Assembly (NCBI RefSeq): GCF_000021865.1
Contig: NC_014034.1
Span: forward strand, 3,030,001-3,062,000
DNA from: Rhodobacter capsulatus SB 1003
Lineage (GTDB): Bacteria > Pseudomonadota > Alphaproteobacteria > Rhodobacterales > Rhodobacteraceae
DNA length: 32,000 bases
Direction: 5' to 3'
A program made the position numbers and the translations under genes. This document shows, piece by piece, positions 27,373 through 32,000 of this stretch (positions within the stretch are counted from its first letter, which is position 1; every line of letters begins with the position of its first letter). The notes below the pieces were generated by a model. It did no database searches and had not been told where the DNA came from. It worked only from the letters and a program-made list of their open reading frames with translations.

Positions 27373-27768
27373 ATGACCGGGGAAAGCGGCGGCAGGCCGC
27401 GCGTGCTGATCGTCGAGGACGAGGACAACATCGCCATTGCGCTTGATTATCTTCTGGGCCGCGAGGGGCTGGATCATGCGCGGCTGGCCACCGGGCTGGG
27501 CGCGGTCGAGCGCATCCGCGCCGAGCGCCCCGATCTGGTGCTGCTCGACGTGATGCTGCCCGAGGTCTCGGGCTACGAGATCTGCCAGCAGGTCCGGGCC
27601 GATGGCGCGCTGGCCGGGGTGCGGATCGTGATGATGACGGCGCGCGGCTCGGCGCTGGAGCGGCGCAAGGCGCTGGCGCTTGGCGCCGACGGGTTCATCG
27701 CCAAACCCTTCGAGCTGAAGGAGCTGCGCGACGAATTGCACCGGCTGCTGGACCCGGAGGGGGCGTGA
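27373..27768 (+). CDS. Stand-alone CheY-like receiver protein
   Basis: 131 aa when started at MTGESGG (ATG 27373), with GGGAGGA 4 nt upstream. The phospho-pocket is complete: VEDED, LVLLDVMLP, MMTARG and IAKPF. There is no output domain. Its stop overlaps the start of the next gene (GTGATG at 27765-27770). Confidence 0.85.
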   Translation: MTGESGGRPRVLIVEDEDNIAIALDYLLGREGLDHARLATGLGAVERIRAERPDLVLLDVMLPEVSGYEICQQVRADGALAGVRIVMMTARGSALERRKALALGADGFIAKPFELKELRDELHRLLDPEGA

Positions 27769-29882
27769 TGGGGCTGGCCCGGCTCAGCCTGCGCCTCCGG
27801 ATCTTCCTGTTCTTCGCCGCGCTGGCGATGGGCAATCTTGCGGCGCTGGTCGCGGGGCTGGTCTTCGGCTTTCACAAGCTCGCCCGGCCCGAGGCGCTTT
27901 CGGGCTTCGTGATCGGCGGCACCGTGGCGGGGCTGGTCATCCTGGGCCTGATCGGGGTGGTCTGGGCGCTGTTCGACGCCAATCTGGCGCGGCCGATCGA
28001 GCGGCTGGCGGGCTCGATCCGGGCGCGCACCCAGACCGCGGTCGACAGCGCGCTGGATGAAAGCGCGGGGCGCTATCTGGGCGATCTGGCCCCGGCGGCG
28101 GCGGCGATCGCGCAGCATCTGAACGAGACCCGCTCGGCGCTGACCGAGGCGGTGCAGCGCGAGACCACCCGGCTTGCCCGCGAAAAGGACCGGCTGGAGA
28201 CGCTGCTGTCGGACGTGCCGGTGGGGGTGCTTTTGTGCACCGCCGATCATGCCCTGGTCTTTTACAACGGTCAGGCGGTCGATCTGCTGGGCGGGGCGCA
28301 TGCGCCGGGGCTCGACCGGCGGGTCTTCGACTATCTGCACCCGGCGCCGATCCGCCATGCCCATGCGCGGCTTCTGGCGACGGCCGATCCCGATGCCGCC
28401 TCGGATCTTCTGTGCGCGACGGTGGCCGATGGCCGCACGCTCGCCGCGCGGATGCGGCTGATCTCGGAGGGGGAGGATCATCAGGTGCGGCGCCTGGCGG
28501 GCTATGTGCTGACCTTGCGCGATGTCTCGGCCGATCTGCGCGCCCATGCCGGGCGCGAGGCGCTGATGGACGAGCTGTTCGACCGCATCCGCCGTCCGGC
28601 CGCGGCGCTGCAATCGCTGATGGGCGTGCTGATCGCCGAGGACGGGCCCGCCGATCCGCAGGCCCGCGCGCAGCTGCGCGAGGCCGCCCGGGCCGAGGCG
28701 GGCCATCTTGCGCAGGCGATCCACAGCCTGCACGACCGCCACGAGGCGATGCGGGCCGACTGGTGGCCGCTTGCGATGATCCGCGCCTCGGATTTCGGCG
28801 CCGCCGTGCAGGCCCGCGTCGCGGCCGAGGGGGCGGGCGATCTGCTGCCGGTGACCGCGGCCCTGCTGCTGCGGCTGGAGGGCTTCGAGATGGTGGCGCT
28901 GATCGCGCATCTGGTGCGCCGTCTGGGCCCGGGCCGGGCCGAGAAGCGGCTGGAGGTGCTTGAAGACGGCGCGGGGGCGCTGATCGCGCTCGAATGGCGC
29001 GGCGCGGCGGTGGCGATTGCCGATCTGGAGCTGTGGCTCTCCGAGCCGCTGGATGTGGGCCAGGCCGAGGTGACCGGGCGGCGGGTGCTCTCGGTCCATG
29101 CGACCGATCTGTGGCCCGAGCGGCTGCACGAGGGGCGGCACCGGCTCTGCCTGCCGCTGCGCGAGGCACGCCGGATCGGCCCGGATCCCCATCCGGTGCC
29201 CCGTCCGGTGCCGCGCCAGGTGGTCTATGACTTTGATCTGCTGGGGCGGGGCGGCGAAAGCGCGCTGGCCGAAACCCCGCTCGACAAGCTGACCTTCGTC
29301 GTCTTCGACACCGAGACGACGGGGCTCTTTCCCACCGGCGGCGACGAGATCGTGCAGATCGCGGCGGTGCGGATCGTCAACGGGCGGCGGGTGGCGGGCG
29401 AGGTCTTTGACACGCTCGTGAACCCGGGGCGGCCGATCCCGGCGGCCTCGACGGCGGTTCACGGCATCACCGAGGCGATGGTGGCAACCGCGCCCGCGAT
29501 CGCCGAGGTCGGGCGGCGGTTCCACAAATTCGCCGAGGGCGCGGTGCTGGTCGCCCATAACGCGCCCTTCGATCTGGAATTCCTGCGCCGCAAGGAATTG
29601 CTGATCGGCAAGAATTTCGACAATCCGGTGCTCGACACGGTGCTTTTGTCGGCGGTGGTCTTCGGCGCCGCCGAGGGCCACAGCCTGGACGCGCTGACGC
29701 ATCGGCTGGGCATCACCATCCCCGAGGAAGCCCGCCACACCGCGCTTGGCGACACGGTCGCCACGGCCGAGGCCTTCCTGCGCCTGCTGCCCGCCCTCAA
29801 GGCCCGCGGCCTGACCACCTTCGGCGCCGTCCTCACCGAAGTCCGAAAACACCGCCGCCTCATGCGCGACATGAACGCCTGA
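27765..29882 (+). CDS. Membrane HAMP-PAS pseudo-histidine-kinase fused to a DEDDh (DnaQ/RNase T-like) 3'-5' exonuclease
   Basis: 705 aa. Two TM helices are separated by an 11-aa loop, followed by a HAMP-like linker and a PAS domain. The DHp-like helix reads ELFDRIRRPAAAL, with Asp273 (28581-28583) where SHELRTPL has the phospho-His. The CA-like domain shows no N, G1 or G2 boxes. The C-terminal exonuclease carries ExoI FVVFDTETTG, ExoII LVAHNAPFDLEFL and ExoIII HTALGD. The start is either GTG 27765 or ATG 27768. Confidence 0.85.
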   Translation: MMGLARLSLRLRIFLFFAALAMGNLAALVAGLVFGFHKLARPEALSGFVIGGTVAGLVILGLIGVVWALFDANLARPIERLAGSIRARTQTAVDSALDESAGRYLGDLAPAAAAIAQHLNETRSALTEAVQRETTRLAREKDRLETLLSDVPVGVLLCTADHALVFYNGQAVDLLGGAHAPGLDRRVFDYLHPAPIRHAHARLLATADPDAASDLLCATVADGRTLAARMRLISEGEDHQVRRLAGYVLTLRDVSADLRAHAGREALMDELFDRIRRPAAALQSLMGVLIAEDGPADPQARAQLREAARAEAGHLAQAIHSLHDRHEAMRADWWPLAMIRASDFGAAVQARVAAEGAGDLLPVTAALLLRLEGFEMVALIAHLVRRLGPGRAEKRLEVLEDGAGALIALEWRGAAVAIADLELWLSEPLDVGQAEVTGRRVLSVHATDLWPERLHEGRHRLCLPLREARRIGPDPHPVPRPVPRQVVYDFDLLGRGGESALAETPLDKLTFVVFDTETTGLFPTGGDEIVQIAAVRIVNGRRVAGEVFDTLVNPGRPIPAASTAVHGITEAMVATAPAIAEVGRRFHKFAEGAVLVAHNAPFDLEFLRRKELLIGKNFDNPVLDTVLLSAVVFGAAEGHSLDALTHRLGITIPEEARHTALGDTVATAEAFLRLLPALKARGLTTFGAVLTEVRKHRRLMRDMNA

Positions 29883-29892
29883 AACGGGGCGC

Positions 29893-30681
29893 TCAGAAGG
29901 CGGTCAGCCCCCGGGCGCGAAACACCGCCCGCGCCGCCTCGGTCGCTTCGGGCGCGGGCGTCGGGGTGTCGGCCAGCGCATAGGGATGGCCAAGCATCGC
30001 CCATTTCGAGGCGCCAAGCTGATGGAAGGGCAGCACCTCGACCAGCTCGACCGCGGGACCCAGCCGCGCGACGTGATCGGCCATGCGGGCGATATCCTCG
30101 GGCGCGTCGGTCCAGCCGGGCACCAGCACGTAGCGAATGCGCATCTTTTTCCCCAGCCGCACCATCCGGTCGGCGCAATCGAGCGTCGGCTGCAAGGGCT
30201 GCGCCGTCAGCGCCAGATGCCGCGCCGGGTCGATGTGCTTGATGTCGAGCATCACGAGGTCGATCGGATCGAACCAGTCGTCGGTCACGCGATCATGCAG
30301 ATGGCCCTGCGTATCCAGCGCGACATGCAGCCCGAAGCGGTCCTTCAGTGCCCGGGCGGTGGCGTGGACAAAGGCCGCCTGCATCATCGGCTCGCCGCCC
30401 GAAAAGGTCACCCCGCCCGCGAATTTGAGGAAACTGGCCAAGGGCGCAACCTCGGCCACGAGATCCTCGACCGCCACCCGGCGGCCTGCATGCAGTTTCC
30501 AGGTGTCGGGGTTGTGGCAGTAAAGGCAGCGGAACTGGCAGCCCGACAGGAAAAACACGAAGCGCATCCCCGGCCCGTCGACCGCCGCCCCGGATTCGAG
30601 CGAATGCAGGAAACCGTGACAGGCGGCCTCGTGCGGATCGCAGACAGCGTCAAACCCGGGATGCGGCGTCAGGATCGTCAT
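29893..30681 (-). CDS. pflA: Pyruvate formate-lyase activating enzyme (radical SAM)
   Basis: 262 aa. CQFRCLYCHNPDTW radical-SAM cluster motif and a GVTFSGGEP motif. It lies immediately downstream of pflB. Confidence 0.92.
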   Translation of the reverse strand: MTILTPHPGFDAVCDPHEAACHGFLHSLESGAAVDGPGMRFVFFLSGCQFRCLYCHNPDTWKLHAGRRVAVEDLVAEVAPLASFLKFAGGVTFSGGEPMMQAAFVHATARALKDRFGLHVALDTQGHLHDRVTDDWFDPIDLVMLDIKHIDPARHLALTAQPLQPTLDCADRMVRLGKKMRIRYVLVPGWTDAPEDIARMADHVARLGPAVELVEVLPFHQLGASKWAMLGHPYALADTPTPAPEATEAARAVFRARGLTAF

Positions 30682-30687
30682 CGCGGC

Positions 30688-32000
30688 TCACAGGCTGGCG
30701 TGGAAGGTGCGGCTGATCACGTCAAGCTGCTGCGCCCGCGTCAGCTTGACGAAATTCACCGCATAGCCCGAGACGCGCACGGTCAGCTGCGGATAGGCCT
30801 CGGGGTGGTGCATCGCATCTTCCAGCATCTCGCGGGTCAGCATGTTGACGTTGACGTGAAAGCCCCCTGCCCCGCAGAAGCCGTCCAGACAATTGGCCAG
30901 GTTCGTCACCTGCTCGGCCTCGGTATGGCCCATCGAGCCGGGGGTGGCCGAGGCCGTCCAGGACACGCCATCAAGCGCGGCATCGTAAGGCAGTTTCGCG
31001 ACCGAGGCGCCCGCCGCCACGAAGCCCTTCTTGTCGCGCCCGTTCATCGGGTTGGCGCCGGGCGCAAAGGGTTCGCCCGCGCGGCGGCCATCGGGGGTGT
31101 TGCCGGTCTTCTTGCCGTAAACCACATTCGAGGTGATCGTCAGGATCGACTGCGTCGGCATGGCGTTGCGGTAGAAATGCGGCTGCGCGGCGATCTTGGC
31201 CATGAAGGCCTCGGTCACGGCGACGGCGATTTCGTCCACCCGGTCATCGTTGTTGCCAAAGGCCGGATAGTCGCCCTCGATCGCGTAATCGACGGCAAGA
31301 CCGGCGTCGTTGCGGATGACCCGAACCTTGGCATGCTTGATCGCCGAGAGGCTGTCGGCGACGATCGAGAGCCCCGCAATCCCCGTCGCCATCGTGCGCA
31401 GGATATCGCGGTCATGCAGCGCCATCTCGATCCGTTCATAGGCGTATTTGTCATGCATGTAGTGGATCGCGTTCAGCGCCTTGACATAAGTCCGCGCCAG
31501 CCAGTCCATCGCCAGATCGAATTTGGCCCGCACCTCGTCATAGTCGAGCACATCCGCGGTGATCGGGCTCAGCCCCCTGGCCACCAGCGCCCCCGACTTT
31601 TCATCGACGCCGCCGTTGATCGCGTAAAGCAGCGCCTTGGCCAGGTTTGCCCGCGCGCCAAAGAACTGCATCTGCTTGCCGATCCGCATTGCGGACACGC
31701 AGCAGGCGATGCCGTAATCGTCGCCCCATTTCGGCCGCATCAGATCGTCGTTTTCATATTGGATCGCCGAAGTATCCTTGGACACCTTGGCGCAGAAGGT
31801 CTTGAAGCCGCGCGGCAGGCCGACCGACCAGAGCACGGTCAGGTTCGGCTCGGGCGCCGGGCCAAGGTTGTAAAGCGTCTGCAGCACCCGGAACGAGGTC
31901 TTCGTGACCAGCGTCCGGCCGTCTTCGCCCATGCCGCCGATGGCCTCGGTGACCCAGGTGGGATCGCCCGAGAAGAGCTCGTCATAATCCGGCGTGCGCA
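30688..32000 (-). CDS. pflB: Formate C-acetyltransferase (pyruvate formate-lyase) PflB; 5' end outside the window
   Basis: The C-terminus carries the glycyl-radical motif ([28 protein letters not shown]). The frame stays open beyond the track start at 31932 (..[33 protein letters not shown]..) and is collinear with E. coli PflB. Confidence 0.93.
   Translation of the reverse strand, partial: RTPDYDELFSGDPTWVTEAIGGMGEDGRTLVTKTSFRVLQTLYNLGPAPEPNLTVLWSVGLPRGFKTFCAKVSKDTSAIQYENDDLMRPKWGDDYGIACCVSAMRIGKQMQFFGARANLAKALLYAINGGVDEKSGALVARGLSPITADVLDYDEVRAKFDLAMDWLARTYVKALNAIHYMHDKYAYERIEMALHDRDILRTMATGIAGLSIVADSLSAIKHAKVRVIRNDAGLAVDYAIEGDYPAFGNNDDRVDEIAVAVTEAFMAKIAAQPHFYRNAMPTQSILTITSNVVYGKKTGNTPDGRRAGEPFAPGANPMNGRDKKGFVAAGASVAKLPYDAALDGVSWTASATPGSMGHTEAEQVTNLANCLDGFCGAGGFHVNVNMLTREMLEDAMHHPEAYPQLTVRVSGYAVNFVKLTRAQQLDVISRTFHASL

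Noticed and set aside
25491-29882. Reading the nucleotidyltransferase plus nuclease pair as a CBASS-like or other anti-phage defence system
   Set aside because: The transferase core is of the GlnD/DUF294 type, not cGAS/DncV-like. The nuclease is a DnaQ-like DEDDh exonuclease rather than a typical defence effector. There are no neighbouring defence, integrase or mobile-element genes, and the context is core carbon metabolism.

Overview
High-GC (roughly two-thirds G+C) alphaproteobacterial chromosomal DNA. The gene content and protein sequences look like Rhodobacter capsulatus or a close relative. I found no rRNA, tRNA, CRISPR array, IS element or prophage. Gene order: (1) 1-7000, minus strand: a DMSO-respiration block, dorC-dorD-dorA, followed by a DUF2478 gene and a dedicated molybdenum-cofactor set moaA-moaD-moeB, almost all joined by 1-4 nt gaps or overlaps. 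(2) 7000-10700: the dor control region with phased tor-box-like repeats and phased A-tracts, dorR (+), and convergent hybrid kinase dorS (-) with a perfect FNR box upstream. (3) 10750-15428, plus strand: a TPP riboswitch driving a fully translationally coupled thiM-thiE-thiD-thiY-thiZ-thiX operon. (4) 15444-20497: a divergent signalling pair, an Aer-like PAS protein with a degenerate MCP-like C-terminus and a multi-PAS GGDEF-EAL protein. (5) 20505-25420: a small orphan ORF, an AT-rich promoter island, then acs, a DUF485 (yjcH-like) gene and actP. (6) 25491-29882: the most unusual part, with three genes on the same strand. They encode a cNMP/CBS-gated DUF294 nucleotidyltransferase, a stand-alone receiver, and a membrane HAMP-PAS pseudo-histidine-kinase (Asp at the phospho-His position, degenerate ATP-binding domain) fused to an intact DEDDh 3'-5' exonuclease. 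(7) 29893-32000, minus strand: pflA and the C-terminal two-thirds of pflB. The many very long ORFs antisense to these genes are high-GC shadow frames and are rejected.
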